A stretch of DNA of 64,000 nucleotides from Squalus acanthias (Eukaryota), in the NCBI GenBank assembly GCA_030390025.1, contig CM059432.1, positions 88,228,001-88,292,000 on the forward strand, in the 5' to 3' direction. How positions within the stretch are numbered: the stretch's first letter is position 1; every line of letters begins with the position of its first letter. The notes beneath the pieces were generated by a model, which did no database searches, was not told where the DNA came from, and worked only from the letters and a program-made list of their open reading frames with translations. Of the stretch, positions 1 to 12,227 are shown in pieces. Made by a program: the position numbers and the translations under genes.

Positions 1-1803
1 CTCGAGGCCTTGGTCGTGGCCATTCAAAGAAGGCAGGCTGTACTTTTCCCGTAGGGTGGCAGGAAGCCATCCAAGGCTACTTGCAGAAGGCTCTGGGAGG
101 AGATAGCTAACTCCGTCACGGCCACCAGTGTGGTCCCAAAGGCGTGGATCCAATGCTGAAAGAAGTTTAATGACCTCACACGGCAGGTCAAGGTGAGTGA
201 AGGCTTCAGCAAATGCCATATCCCACCATCTGCACCACAAGCCTCACACACTGCTCAATGCACCGCATCCCCATCACTCACCTACCAACAATCTCTATCA
301 CCACCCCTACCTCATAATCATTGCTTCACTTCACCCTCAAAACCTTACCACTGCTACAACACTCACACCCACATCTCACACCTTGCACACACTGACAGCT
401 ATTCAACTATGGCAGGCACATCACCCAAACACATTGAACTACACTCACTGACACACTTCCCTTTCTCTTTCAAGCCAAGCTGGCACACAACCGGAGAGAG
501 CAGCAGCTGATGGGAGGCGGCCAAGCCGCTATACAGAACCTCAGCCACCTGGTGGAAACCTTGCTCGACATCATTGGAGGGGCAGTGAGTGACCAAGGCC
601 GTGGCACAGGAGAAGTTGAAACCGTTGCTGATGTTGACGGTATTCTCATACCTAATCCTTCTTCTCACATCCACTTCCTCCTCATCCCACAATCTCTTCT
701 CACTGACAAGCTGCTGATGGTGTATGCATGGATATCTTGCTTTCCCCCCTCCCCTCACCACAACCCGACCCTTGTGCCTTGTGCCTTTCTGCTTTCAGAT
801 ACCCAAGAAGTGCCACCAGCACAGCCTGTCGCTGATGTTGTGGAGGAGAGTGATGCAGGAGAAGAATGCATCTCACTCTTGCAGACACCAGCTCAGAAAA
901 TGGCACTGCGCAGAATGTAGCGGGTAGTATAGAGGTGGGATCTGCACATGATGAGGCACCGGGCACAAGTGGGCTGCAGCAAGGCCAGGGGGAAAGTGTA
1001 GCTCGGGGACCAGCTCCCCAGAGGGCGAGTTCGCGCATGAGTTCTGCTGCACAGGACTCAGATGATGACCTTGATGGAGTGGCCTACAGATGAAGTTGTG
1101 ATGCGCATTCACAGGGAACTGTTAGGTGCAATGCCAAGTCTGCCAGACAGCCACTAGCAAGGAGCATAGAGGAGTCCGGCTCCAACATTGCACGGGCTTT
1201 GCGCAGAGCTTGGAGCCCATGATTTCCAGGATGGAAATGATGGACAACTCCAGGAGAGACCTTGTGGACCCAGCCATGATGCTGGGTGTGATGGGCGATG
1301 TCACGGCTTCTATTGCAGCACAAGCGGAAGCGACCCAATGTCTCAGTGCTGCAGTGGAAGCTCACACTGCTCTCATGCTAGCTCAGCTTGCTGCCACTCA
1401 AGCTCAGACTGCAGCCATCGTGGGTGGGATTGCGAGTGTCGAAAGGGGCTTGCAGGGTGTCACAGAAGTCCAGCAATCTGTTCTCCAACAGATTTCAAGA
1501 AATGCTGAGACGCCAACCCGGGGGAGTGGCAGTGGGTTTGTAGAGCAAGAACCTGCTGTCCTCTCTCAGGATGACAGCATTCCTACTCCCACCACTGTCA
1601 CTGCGGCATTGCCATTGCCGCTGCCTATCAGCCAGCCAGCCCAGACTGCTGCTGCCAATGCCGAGGTGGTGCAGTCTACAGCCGGGCCCTTCTAGGTCTA
1701 CAGCTGGTCGAGGCTGCAGCCACTGGGGGAGCACTGCATAGGAGCACTAGAGTAAGAAAAGGCACACGAATGACACGCACGAAGGGATTACACAAGAGTG
1801 ATT
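1..1803 (+). pseudogene. Myb/SANT-like (MSANTD/NAIF1-type) Harbinger ORF, 3 exons, decayed
   Basis: Frame 1 reads LEALVVAIQRRQAVLFP*GGRKP..LWEEIA..WIQC*KKFNDLTRQVK then gtgagt at 193; exon 2 474-639 (AKLAHNRREQQLMGGG, acceptor mutated to caa); exon 3 from 799; contains stops and frameshifts. Confidence 0.85.
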
Positions 1804-1974
1804 ATTTGATTCGTTGAAATTGTAATGTTGATTGGATTCTGATAAATTTATGAATTTTGTTTGGAATGTGTGTTTGTGGTGGCTCTCATTTCAGCTTTGT
1901 GCCCAGGAGGACGCTGTGATGTTCCGTAACAGAGGGATGGTATGATGGGGAAGTGGTGAGCAATGAGGATCTGG

Positions 1975-2484
1975 GGTTTCATTCCCTGGAATTGGAGTCT
2001 GATGAGGCCTTCACGGACAGCCCGTCCAGAATGGAGATCTGCTGCCTGCCTGCTCCCTTCCTCCTCCTCCTCCTCGTCCTCATCCTCTTCCTCTTTCTCC
2101 TCCTCCTCTCCCTCCTTCTCCTCCTGAGGTGATACCGCAATCCATGGTGGCTAGGACTGTGCCCTCATGATGGCCAATTTGTGAAGCAGACCACCATGAA
2201 ATGGGATACGCGCTCCGGCAAGTACTGGAGGCAGCGGAACCATTGCTAGAGCACCCCAATGGTCTGCTCGATGATGTTCCTAGTGGCAGCATGGCTCTCA
2301 CTATATGAGTGCTCTGCAGGAGTGGTGGGGTTGCGGAGGGGAGTCATCAGCCAGGTGCAGAGCAGATAGCCCTTGTCTCCCACCAGCCACCCTCAAGTTT
2401 GACGTGGTGGCTGGAAGATTGCTGCCTCCGTTCCCTCGCCCGAAGATACTCGAGCATGCAGAGGACTGCAAGAAGGGGCCCCAT
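1975..2484 (-). pseudogene. HARBI1-like Harbinger DDE transposase remnant (N-terminus fused to the C-terminal part)
   Basis: MGPLLAVL.. joined to [64 protein letters not shown], then an acidic tract and AVREGLIRLQF. Confidence 0.85.
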
Positions 2485-3182
2485 GACTGTGAGCAAATGT
2501 TGTGAGCTGAAGCATTTAAATAAGAATGAAGGCGTTCTCCACTTGCAGCAACGCTCCCTGTCACCTCCGGAACTTGAAACAAGTTTAGAAAGCTGCAAGA
2601 GTTGCAGAAAGTTACACAGAGCCAGTCAAACTGAGAAACCATGTTAGCTGCAAGTTGTTGTTGATGATCCCTTTAAATAGCACTGCTGGAGTCTCCTTCC
2701 TGCTGCTGAACGCTTGGTCATCTGGTTGTGATTAAGAGAAGGCGGTAAGTGGAGCGTCGACGGCAAAAATGGCAGTTCGTGCCTCAAGTGAGTGTTGTAC
2801 ACTCATTGGCGTTACAATCTGCCTAATCTAAATATCTGCAGTGAACGCAGGCAACCACTGGCAACCTCCCTAAAATGGCACCTGCTGCGGGACGCGCCGG
2901 AAGCGGGCAGAAGTGAGGCGGCCGCCATTTTTCCTTCAAAACGGGCCTTAATGGCCAATGCTAAACCCCCGATTTCTAGGCCTTGGATCATTGAGGAAGC
3001 TTGTATTGACAATCTGTCCATGAATACAATTCTTTTAACTGCCTCTCAAAAGGAAAATCACACATGGCATTTATTATGACAAGACACTGGCATAATTACT
3101 TCATTAGCTACTTTCTTTTAATTTGAGTTATCCCACCTTGAATCACTAGCAGCACATTTGATCAGGCTATTGAAATACTAAA

Positions 3183-3273
3183 TAAAAACAGAAAATTCTG
3201 GAAATGCTCAGCCGGTTAGGCAGCATTTGTGGAGAGAGAAACAGAGTTAACATTTCAGGTCGATGACCTTTCA
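3183..3273 (-). mobile_element. Penelope terminal-repeat (pLTR) fragment
   Basis: Near-identical to the terminus of the Penelope element at 52020-52120. Confidence 0.75.
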
Positions 3274-6200
3274 TTGTATTGAAATATTAAACTGAGTGCT
3301 TAGTAATTTATCATCTGAAGAACCACAATGAATGTTAGTCAATACGAACAGAAACAGAAGTCAACTGAAGACTTTATAAAACCCATGTGCATGCATTATA
3401 GCCAAGTTGTTGAATGATATATATTTAGCTCATAAATTGCCAACAGATAAATGTATCTCAGTATTCTTTTGTTAAAGATGTCTCAGATTATGATATACAA
3501 TTATTTCAATCATTTAAACATTGAAAAATACCTGAGGCTAGAAAGGATGTTAGTGATAATAGTGGCCGAAAGCTCCATGGGTTTAGCTGATGTTTCTCTG
3601 TCCACTATTTTAGCAGAGTTTCTAATCTATTTAAATTAAACAGGTAACTGCCTCTGTGCTTTGCGCCAGCAGACCTGAGTCTCTGTCCCTCTGCCGCCCT
3701 TGAGGGCAGATCCAGTGTATCTTTCCAAATGAGCACAACCATATTACTGAGGCAGGAGGGTACTTCTCCAGACATCCTGTTACAGATTTCCCTTGGGTTG
3801 GCCGCAGAAATCCTATTTTGAGGGGTTCTCAGAAGAACTGGGCCTTAGGTCCTACAAGCAGCTACTCGGAAAAGGCAGGCACTAAAAACACTGTCATGGA
3901 ATAGCCATATTTCAGAAAAATACACCATCCTATGAACAGAATTCTGATTTTATTAAAACATGACAAACTGGGTTTAAAAATCTAAAAGCCTCAACGACAC
4001 AAGCCGTAAACAGAAATATAGGCTTCTGAGATAAGATGAAGTGTTAACACAAAAGTTGTAAACACCATACAAGCTTTTGAAATGGGAAATGGTTATTGAC
4101 ACTGAGACAATGGCCTCATTGAAACAGTGGGTTGTAGGTTCCAAGGAGTCTGTAGTTTGGAACCAACACAATAGCAATGCCCAAGTAAAGTATTAAAAAA
4201 TAACACTTCGAACAGAAACACAGAACATTAAAAAACCATATGCCTTTGTAAAAGTAACATCAAATGAAACAGGAAACACAATTATATATACAACCAATTG
4301 AAGTAGCTAAGAAATGCATGGAACACCCTGGTTGAAGTGGTTTTGATTTACATATTGTAAATATGATACCTACAGAAGACTTTGAAAATATTACATCAAT
4401 AGATTTACCAAGCAATCACATTGTTTATGTGTTAAACTTGGAACACAAAGGGATGAGAAGTCTGTAATACAAGCAGTTAAGCTAATATTAAGAATTGAAT
4501 TGAAGACCTTCGAAAGAATGGCATCAAAGAGATAAATCTGTAATAACTATTTTATATGATAAGTTTTTGAAACACCTATACAGCAGACAGAATTCTGCAA
4601 GCTAACAGCTGAATTAACAGTATGAATAGAAAGAAGTCAACAGAGGTATGGCTAGAGATAATTAGCTTACATCAGCAGAAAACTTCAAAGGATAAACCAC
4701 CAAAAAAAGGTATAAAAATAGAGCTTTTCAGATAGAAAGTCAGAAGTCGCTGGAAGGGGCAGAGTGATTCTCACCTTCAGAACCACTCTGTAGGTCTACA
4801 ATTCCTTGAGTCTCGGGAATCAAATGGTACTTTTATTTGATTTTGGTGGATATTCTGGATTAAGAATAAGACTTAGAAATGTAAAAATGTAACGAAGTTA
4901 AGATTTGAGAATAAGGATCTCTGAGAATAGACTTGTAAGCTATTTGTATTTTGAACTGTTAAAGTTGCGATTGACTCACCAACTGTTAACTAAATGTCGG
5001 TTCCTTAATAAATCTATATATTTTTAGAATTGTCTCACAGAGTATTTCTGTATCAACCTCGCGAACTCAAATCTCTGAACACTCTTTTGTGAGGAGTTGC
5101 AGAATTCTGGGGGGTTTTCCGGACCCTCATAATATCCGGAAGGTTACAGTCTAGTTAAACTTATTAAAAGTGCTATCTGGAGGACGGTAATATCTTCAAG
5201 TCATTTCTTTCCTTTAGGGAGAGATAGTCTGGACCTTTAGACCCAATTAAGCATCTTATAGGATTTGGCTATCTCTAACTTTAGTTGAAGGGGAATGTCT
5301 GGGGAATACGCCTGATCCGGGGTGGCCCGAAAAGGGCTAGGACTTGTAATTATCCCTTCAATACGATAGCCAAGGTAAGACCCTCTCTCTTTCCAGGTGC
5401 AGAGATCAGTGATTTTGCAGCTGGGAGGGTCCAGACAGCTGCAGCCATCCTCTGTTATGGGCCTGTTAAGCCTGCAGTAGTGGCTGAATATTCTTCACCA
5501 TTTCCAAGCTGAGGCCCTTCCAGAGGGTGGGCCTGCACCAGGGCCTGACTGGCCCGTGTACATGTCCTGAGCTGGGAAACAGACTGGTTCAATCATTGCC
5601 AATGGAGTGCACTTCAAGTGACCTCCACCTACCTGCCGCCCAGGCGCAGGAGACACAGGTAAATCAGCCCTTAAGTAATTTCTAGCCTTTGATATTAAAG
5701 CAGAATGTAGCTCTATCCCTTCCACCATTATAGTTGAAAAGCCTAAACACCATATATTACCCCCAATTTTCTCCCCTGCTCTCTTGAAGACATTCATTTA
5801 TTCTTCCATGGAACTTTATGAAACAGCTTATGAAAATGTATGTATACAACATTCGTTACATTCTCTTTATCTACGCACTCTGAATTAAATTGTTAAGCAT
5901 GACATGCAAATCCATGCTGACAGTCCCGGATTAGGCCAAGCCTTTTTAAATTGTTCACTAATTGAACTCCATGGCCTAGAAATTCAAGTAGGCCGAAAAC
6001 CTGCCGGAGCCACCGCGGGCTGAAGTTAATGGCCGCTCGCAATAAGAGTACAGGCAGCACCAGCATTTTGGTGCTGTCTACTGATTTAAATTAGCACAGC
6101 GCTAAGCCTGCAGCTTCTGTTTCGGGTGGTAGTCTCAGAAGGAGGCACATTGTAGTGTGGCCATAGCGTCCCTGAAGTGTCTCTTAAAGCTAGCCTGTCA

Positions 6201-6945
6201 TTTTAGAAAGCAGTGTCGATCCCTAAAAGGGGAACTGCCTTCTAAAATGAAAAAATAAAAATCATTTAAAACTAGGCAGTCTTTAGCCCTTAGAGCTCGA
6301 CTGCCTACTGAAAATAAATAAACATTAAAAATAATTCCAAAAAGGTAGTCTTCAGCTCTTAAAGCTGAACTGCCTTCCGCATGTAAAAAAATGGCAAAAG
6401 TACTTCAGCACTAACACAAATGGCTCATCAAGCTAGGGAAGGGGGAGGCAGGGTCTCGCACACAGCACGCCAGATTTGTGCAGAGGATCAACACTGTAAG
6501 AGAGGTCCTGTACCCACAGGGGCCTGGAGGCACTCGAGAAAAAACGATGTGGGACCAGATCACCGAGGCTGTCACTGCCAGCAGTGTCACCCCCACAACC
6601 TGGCTCCAGTGCCCAAAGAAGCTTCATGACCTCAGACCTCTGGTCAAGGTCAGTGAATGTATCTTCAAAAGCCATCTCCTACCAACTGCACCACTAGCCT
6701 CACACACTGCTTATTGCACAACCCCCCTCCCCCCAATAACTCATCTACCAACAATCTGTACCAAACATGAGACACACCTCACATTCCTAGCTTCACCTCA
6801 CCCCCTTGGAGGAGATGGTGCTGAACATTCTTGGCAGGGACATGGCTGAGCCCTTGGCCAGCGGCAGGGCTGAAAGGATACAAGATGCTGGTATCCTCAT
6901 ACGTTATCCTCCTTCTCACATCCCACTTCCCCCTCATCCCACAAT

Positions 6946-7707
6946 GGCCCAGAAATTCGCCTCTCCGGCTTGCCGCGGGGGTAAGGATCGCGCGCGCTCT
7001 TACCTACCGCGCCTGCCGTTGTGTTTTGGGCCCACGGGAACTTCGGGTCCTGGGCCTCTCCCAACTGCCGGCGCGCAGTGCGTGTGTGTTCCAGGGGCGC
7101 AGTTAGTGCGATGCATCCCCTGGGATCACGTGGGCCATGGAGAGCCAATGGCAGCAGACCATCTTTCATTCATAGATTTGACAGGAGACCTGTCAAATCT
7201 GTGAATTGAAATCGGCCCCAAAAGAACAGCTAAACTTAAAATAAATAAAAAAAAACCATCACATTTATAAAATAACTATAGTTAAATAAATTAACCACTT
7301 TAAACAAAAATTTAAATTTTTGCAAAAATTAAAATACTTTTTAAAAGTGATAAAAATAAACTTACCTTTCTTTAAAGTATCTAAAAAAGATAAACCTGTT
7401 GAAAAAAAATTTAAATTATACTTAATTAACCACTTACCTTGTTCAAAACGGGTCTTGCGCCTCCTTTTCATTAGCGTAGTATCTTCAATACTTACCCTCG
7501 CGTAGAAACCTGAAAAAAAATCTAAGTGTGCTGCATGCGCGCAGCCTCTAGCGCGCACGCGGTTCACCTAGGAACTGCCCCCTTCGCCATACCGGAAGTT
7601 CCGGTTTCCCGTGCATGCGCAGTGCATGCAGGAAACCGGCACTTCGGGAAGCAATACGGGTGAGTACAGAGCGCGTACTCACCCGGGAAGGGCCGAATTT
7701 TTGGCCC
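6946..7707. mobile_element. Non-coding Harbinger-like MITE (family M1)
   Basis: TIRs GGCCCAGAAATTCG and CGAATTTTTGGCCC; flanks AAT/ATT; interrupts an intron that is continuous in element A; homologous to 52374-53123. Confidence 0.85.
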
Positions 7708-7857
7708 ATTATCTTCTGACTTACAAGGTGCGCATGCAGCTTTGCTTTCCCACCCTCCCCTCACAATAACTCTACCCTTGTACTTTCCTCATTTCAGACA
7801 CCCAAGAAAAATATATCCTGCCCACCCAGTGGTTGACCAAGAAGAGGGAGAGGAGAG

Positions 7858-7930
7858 TGAAGAAGAAGAAGATGAAGAAGGAGAAGAAGAAGAAGAAGAA
7901 GAAGAAGAAGAAGAAGAAGAAGAAGAAGAA
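7858..7930 (+). repeat. (GAA)n microsatellite expanded from the acidic tract of Myb exon 3
   Basis: Direct inspection; poly-E in the Myb frame. Confidence 0.95.
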
Positions 7931-8449
7931 ACACCGTCACTTGATTTCACATTCCCAGCCACCATCTCCTCAAGGTTGTCCTGCAAGACCATTTGCAGTG
8001 TCCCCCATTGAAAATCAGCAGCCTTCCACCAGCCATGCTGCAACCACTGGGGTAGCACTGCGTGATATCAGTAAGATAGGCAAAGGCAGACACAAGACAG
8101 ATACTAAGGGAATGCAGAAGGGTGAGTCATTAATTTTTTGATGTTATATTGGATGAATAAATATATAAATTTGGATTGGAAAGTTTGCTTTGTGGTGGCT
8201 TTTATTTCAGCATTGTGGCCAAGAGGATGCTGTGATGGTGAGTAACAGAGGGAAGGTAAGGTGTGGGACTAATGTTGAAAGGGGAATTGGGGTTGTGGTC
8301 GCTGGGACCACAGGTGGATGATTCCATCCCGGATATCCTGGCCAGAAAGGGGCTGTCTGGGTTGCATCCATCCTTCCGCATCCTCCTATTCTGCATCTTC
8401 CTCTTCTGCATCTTCCTCCTCTGCTACTTCCTCTTCCCTCTGCGAGCGG

Positions 8450-8590
8450 GTGCTGGAAATCTGAAATAAAAGCAGAAAATGCTGAAAATACTCAGCAGGT
8501 CAGGCAGCATCTCAACCTGAGACATTAACTCTGTTTCTCTCTCCACGAATGCTGCCTGTCCTGCTGAGTATTTCCAGCATTTTCTGTCTT
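8450..8590. mobile_element. Inverted pair of Penelope pLTR fragments
   Basis: cagaaaatgctg..cagcaggtcaggcagcat and its reverse complement; same family as 24255-24495 and 52020. Confidence 0.75.
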
Positions 8591-9767
8591 CTCAGAGGCC
8601 TTCCTTTACCATCCGAAGTCTTGCAAGCATCCGGCAGCACTCCCTGCACTCCCTGCAAACTTTAAAAACTTTTAAAATCTATTGCACTAAACCACTACTT
8701 CAATAAAATATTTTTTTTAAGTCCAAAAGCTTAAATGCAAACTAACCTGAAAGATGTGTGTGTCCCTTTAAGAAGCGCTGGCAGCATCTCTGCAGGGCTG
8801 CTTCACGCATGCTTTTCTGTGCACGGTTAGGACCAGCATAATGATGAGTGAAAACGTCCAAGTTTGCAGCCGTGGCGTCAAGTCGGGCGTTGCACGCCGA
8901 TTAACGTCACGATCTGCTAATTTACATATCGGGGTCAACGACAGCCTATTGCCCTTACCAAAATGGCAGCTGCCGTGTCCCGTGCCGAAGGCGGCTGGAA
9001 GCGAGGCGGCTGCCATTTTTTTCCAGAAAACCAGTGTTAACGGCCAGCGCTAAGGTAAGCAATTCCTAGGCCCATATTGTTAATTCTAAAGTGGTAATTC
9101 TAGGGTTTCCACTACCAGCAAGAGCGTGTATTGGAAATTTGAGTGCACATTCTCCATAATATTCTGACCATTCATTTTAATGATTGGAAAATCGTGGGGA
9201 TTTTCTTTTGGTCTTTTTCAGTTCCACTTACTGTTTAATTTTTACCTGGCCCCTGACACCACCTACAGTTCGGGGTGTTTCACTTTAAAGTACAGCACCT
9301 GGCGCTGGAAACCTCGTCTTTCCTTTATAATTCCTCTTGCTGCCTGGGAGCTGAAGACGAAGGAGGATTTACACAGGGTTCATCACAGGGATGTCTGATG
9401 TCCGCCTGTACCTGTGGCGGATGGCACCGGCCATTGTTACTGAATTGGGGTACTTCACACATCCCGCTGGACCTTCCTGAGCATGTCAGAGGACAGTACT
9501 GGTGTTTATACTGGTGGCATCTGGTTGTCTCAGCAGAAAACTCATCCCAAGGGATTTGAAATTGAAGGAGTACGTACACAGTGACAGGTATGGGCAAAAC
9601 TTGCAGCTACTCTTTGTTCCAGTAAGTCCTTGTGCATCATTTATCTAGATTGATCTAGGTGAGGAACTCTGAGTGTGTGCCTGATTTATTTGTTAGATTC
9701 CTTCAAGTAGTGTACACAAGGTTGAGCCTCCTTACCACCTGCAGCCATGAATCATGATCTGGTGTCC

Positions 9768-9941
9768 TCTTCCACAAATGGCAAGTGATGCTTGGTCAAT
9801 TATTAATTTTAAATCTGAGATTGATCGATTTTTGTTAACCAAGTGTAGTAAGGGGTATGGGGGCAAAGGCGGGTATATGGAGTTCGGTCACAGAATGGCG
9901 GAACAGGCTCAAGGGGCTAAATGGCCTACTCCTGTTCCTAT
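9768..9941 (+). mobile_element. CR1 LINE 3' end fragment
   Basis: Encodes FKSEIDRFLLTK..KGYG; 3' UTR aatggcctactcctgttcctatg. Confidence 0.85.
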
Positions 9942-10104
9942 GCATATTGGGAGACCTTCCTTGCACCCACCTCATGCCATTTAGCCATCTCTGAAACAAG
10001 CAATGCTGAGGATTAGAATAGTTTTTCACTGCCGAATACTGGCTATGAAATACAAATTCCCAGTAAGAGTAATTCCAGAGAGATCAACTTTTTTTTTTAT
10101 TCAT

Positions 10105-10869
10105 TAAGGACGGCAGATTCCCTTCCCTGAAGGACATTAGTGAACCAGATGGGTTTTTATGACAATCCGATAGTTTCATGGTCACCATTACTCATACAGG
10201 AAACTCTTTATTAACCGGCACCCAAATATCCGGAAATCTCTCTTAACCGGCAAAATTCTTGAGTAGGTAACCAGGGTTTTCCTTCATCTCTCGTTTAAAA
10301 TTAACTTAAAAAAAAACCCCGAGGCGTTTGCCTTGTATCGGAGCGTGTAGATTGGGAGGGGAATGTGCAGCCCGGGTAGGCAGCGGACACGACAGATGGT
10401 CAGCTGGCGGTCCCCGGGGAGACGGAGCTCCAAATGCAGGCGCATGTCAGTGTGTGTGAGGAGGAGTGTGGCAGGGGTGATTTCCGTCGGTTCGGAGGGA
10501 GGATGAGGTGGCTGTGAAAGTGGGAACTGGAACTGGTTGCAGTCTTTGGCAGCACGGAGGTATTCGTCAGTTCTACTCTGGCAGTAGTTTTTTGTGATCG
10601 ATGATTAACAGGGAGGGATAAACAGGGGCTCTCGTACGTTGGGAGATATAACTCTCCGTTATCCGGACTTTTGGATTAACCGGCACCACGCCGGTCCCGT
10701 CGGTGCCGGTTAATAAAGAGTTTCATGTACTAGCTTTTTATTCCAGATTTATTTAATTAACTGAATTTAAATTCCCCAGCTGCTGTGGTGGGATTTGAAC
10801 TCTTGTCTCCGGATCATTAGTCCAGGTCTCTGGATCAAAAGTCCAGTAACGTTACCACTGTGCTACCGT
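10105..10869 (-). mobile_element. tRNA-derived SINE, split by a Tigger-like MITE
   Basis: Minus-strand head with A-box-like and B-box-like (GTTCAAATCC) motifs at about 10790-10869; body continues on the far side of the TA insertion site. Confidence 0.7.
10197..10727. mobile_element. Tc1/mariner (Tigger/pogo-like) MITE
   Basis: 26-bp TIRs CAGGAAACTCTTTATTAACCGGCACC with 1 mismatch; TA target duplication; subterminal TTAACCGGCA and TATCCGGA repeats. Confidence 0.92.
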
Positions 10870-11563
10870 TCCCACCATATTTAGTGTTTTACGTGAACTT
10901 TGATCTGTATGTTTTCACAGAGTTTCTCCATGTTTTTGCAGTTTGAAACTCTGTGCATGTTTGGGAAGAGACTTGAAGTGCATGACATCCCGCCTGCCTC
11001 AGGAATCTCCTGGCACAACTCTGGACAGCAAAATTCCATCAGACAAACTGGGAGCTCTCCTGCCCACACACATGGAGCACGACTGCTGGCTTCTCTCCCC
11101 CTCCCCCAACAGACTTTAAGAATCCGTCTTTTCAGTGCTGCTCCATGCTCTTCCACCCCTCAGCTAGTTCCCAACTCCTGCTGCTATTCCAAGTGATTGA
11201 ATGCCACTGCACACTCTGGGTGGGAAAGTCTCATAATATCAGAAATTTTGGCCTAAAGTGTGCAACAGCTTTCCACCGCTTTGATCAACAGCAGAAGGTA
11301 GGGGCCAGTTTTGGTGATAAGGCAAGAGAGTTCCAGTGTGGAAACAGAGAGAGGGAGAATGACGGGGTGAGGGGAGGGGGGTGGGAGGCGGGGTGAGGGG
11401 AGGGGGGCGGGGTGAGGGGAGGGGGGCAGCGGGGGGGGGGGGTTTGCGTGGAGGGGCAGGGGATGGTGGGAGAAAAATGTCAAATCAGCAACAATAAAAA
11501 AATCTCAGCCATCCTCAACAGTTTCCCAATAATGGAAGATATATTATAATATGGAGACTCGAA

Positions 11564-12190
11564 GGCCCCGAAATTCTGGGCCCCATCTCTGTTAATGGAA
11601 GTGCAGCAATAAGACTCCTGCATGCCCACAGGTAAGGATGCAGACCCGTCCCAAATTGCAGGGATGAGGTCATTTAAATATTCGAGGCGGGTGGCCCACG
11701 CATGTAAGAGCGGATCAGAGACACTTGCCCTGTTCTCCCGGTAGAAGTTGGGCTGGCCCATAGCTGCTCCACTTTGGCCTCCCCCGGCCAAAGCAAAAGG
11801 TGTGGTATTCTTCCTTCAACTCCAAAGGAGTTAAAAGGTATTTTTATAAAGGTAATCGATTCCCTTTGAGATCAATTATCTTTGTCCTTGTGACATTAGT
11901 GGCCTTTACTAGCCCCCTGAACTGAACTCACAGCAGATCTCAGCTGTTGAGGTCTTATGAAGGTTTAATGGGAGTAATTCTAAGGATATCCAGGGAACAC
12001 CCCCAGATATGCCCCCTTGAAAAGGGGAGGGGGAGAATAGGGCAAGCACAAGACTTGCCCACTTACCCTACCCAGTCCAGAATTTTGCACACTTTATGGT
12101 GGAAAACCAATGGATCTAGGTTCTAGATTCTGACCCTTTGGCAGACAATCTGCCATCCGTACGCGTCTCAATCCCAGGAATTTCATGTCC
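11564..12190. mobile_element. Probable Harbinger-like MITE
   Basis: Imperfect TIRs GGCCCCGAAATTCTGGG and CCCAGGAATTTCATGTCC. Confidence 0.45.
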
Positions 12191-12227
12191 CAAGTTTTAA
12201 ATTGAAGTTGGGAATCTCTGAACAGAA

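Larger units (their letters stand above)
1..2982 (+). mobile_element. Harbinger-type element A (5' end outside the window): Myb gene on +, internally deleted transposase on -
   Basis: Myb exons 1-1803; transposase motifs on the minus strand; terminal GATTTCTAGGCC (2971-2982) matches the GGCCTAGAAATT TIR of element B. Confidence 0.88.
6420..8141 (+). pseudogene. Myb/SANT-like ORF, decayed, with internal deletions and a MITE in intron 2
   Basis: Exon 1 6420-6648 (..REVLYPQG..MWDQITEAV..TWLQCPKKLHDLRPLVK, then gtcagt); C-terminus QPSTSHAATTGVALR..KGMQKG matches element G. Confidence 0.8.
5973..9072 (+). mobile_element. Harbinger-type element B, both ends present, Myb gene plus transposase tail only
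   Basis: TIRs GGCCTAGAAATT (5973) and AATTCCTAGGCC (9061-9072); 3-bp TSD CAT on both sides; homologous to elements A and G. Confidence 0.9.

Noticed and set aside
1126..1695. 189-aa stand-alone gene
   Set aside because: Part of Myb exon 3 (homologous to 41045-42122); ends at a premature stop.
6198..6377. CRISPR array
   Set aside because: Units are only loosely similar, spacers are low-complexity A-rich, there are no cas genes, and the context is a eukaryotic transposon.
7833..8141. Poly-Lys ORF (and the antisense poly-Ser ORF)
   Set aside because: Alternative frames of a (GAA)n microsatellite.
10790..10869. tRNA gene
   Set aside because: It is the tRNA-derived head of a SINE; I could not fold a full cloverleaf.
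11365..11465. G-rich tract as a functional G-quadruplex (also about 12945-12985 and 37571-37610)
   Set aside because: Low-complexity runs with no supporting context.
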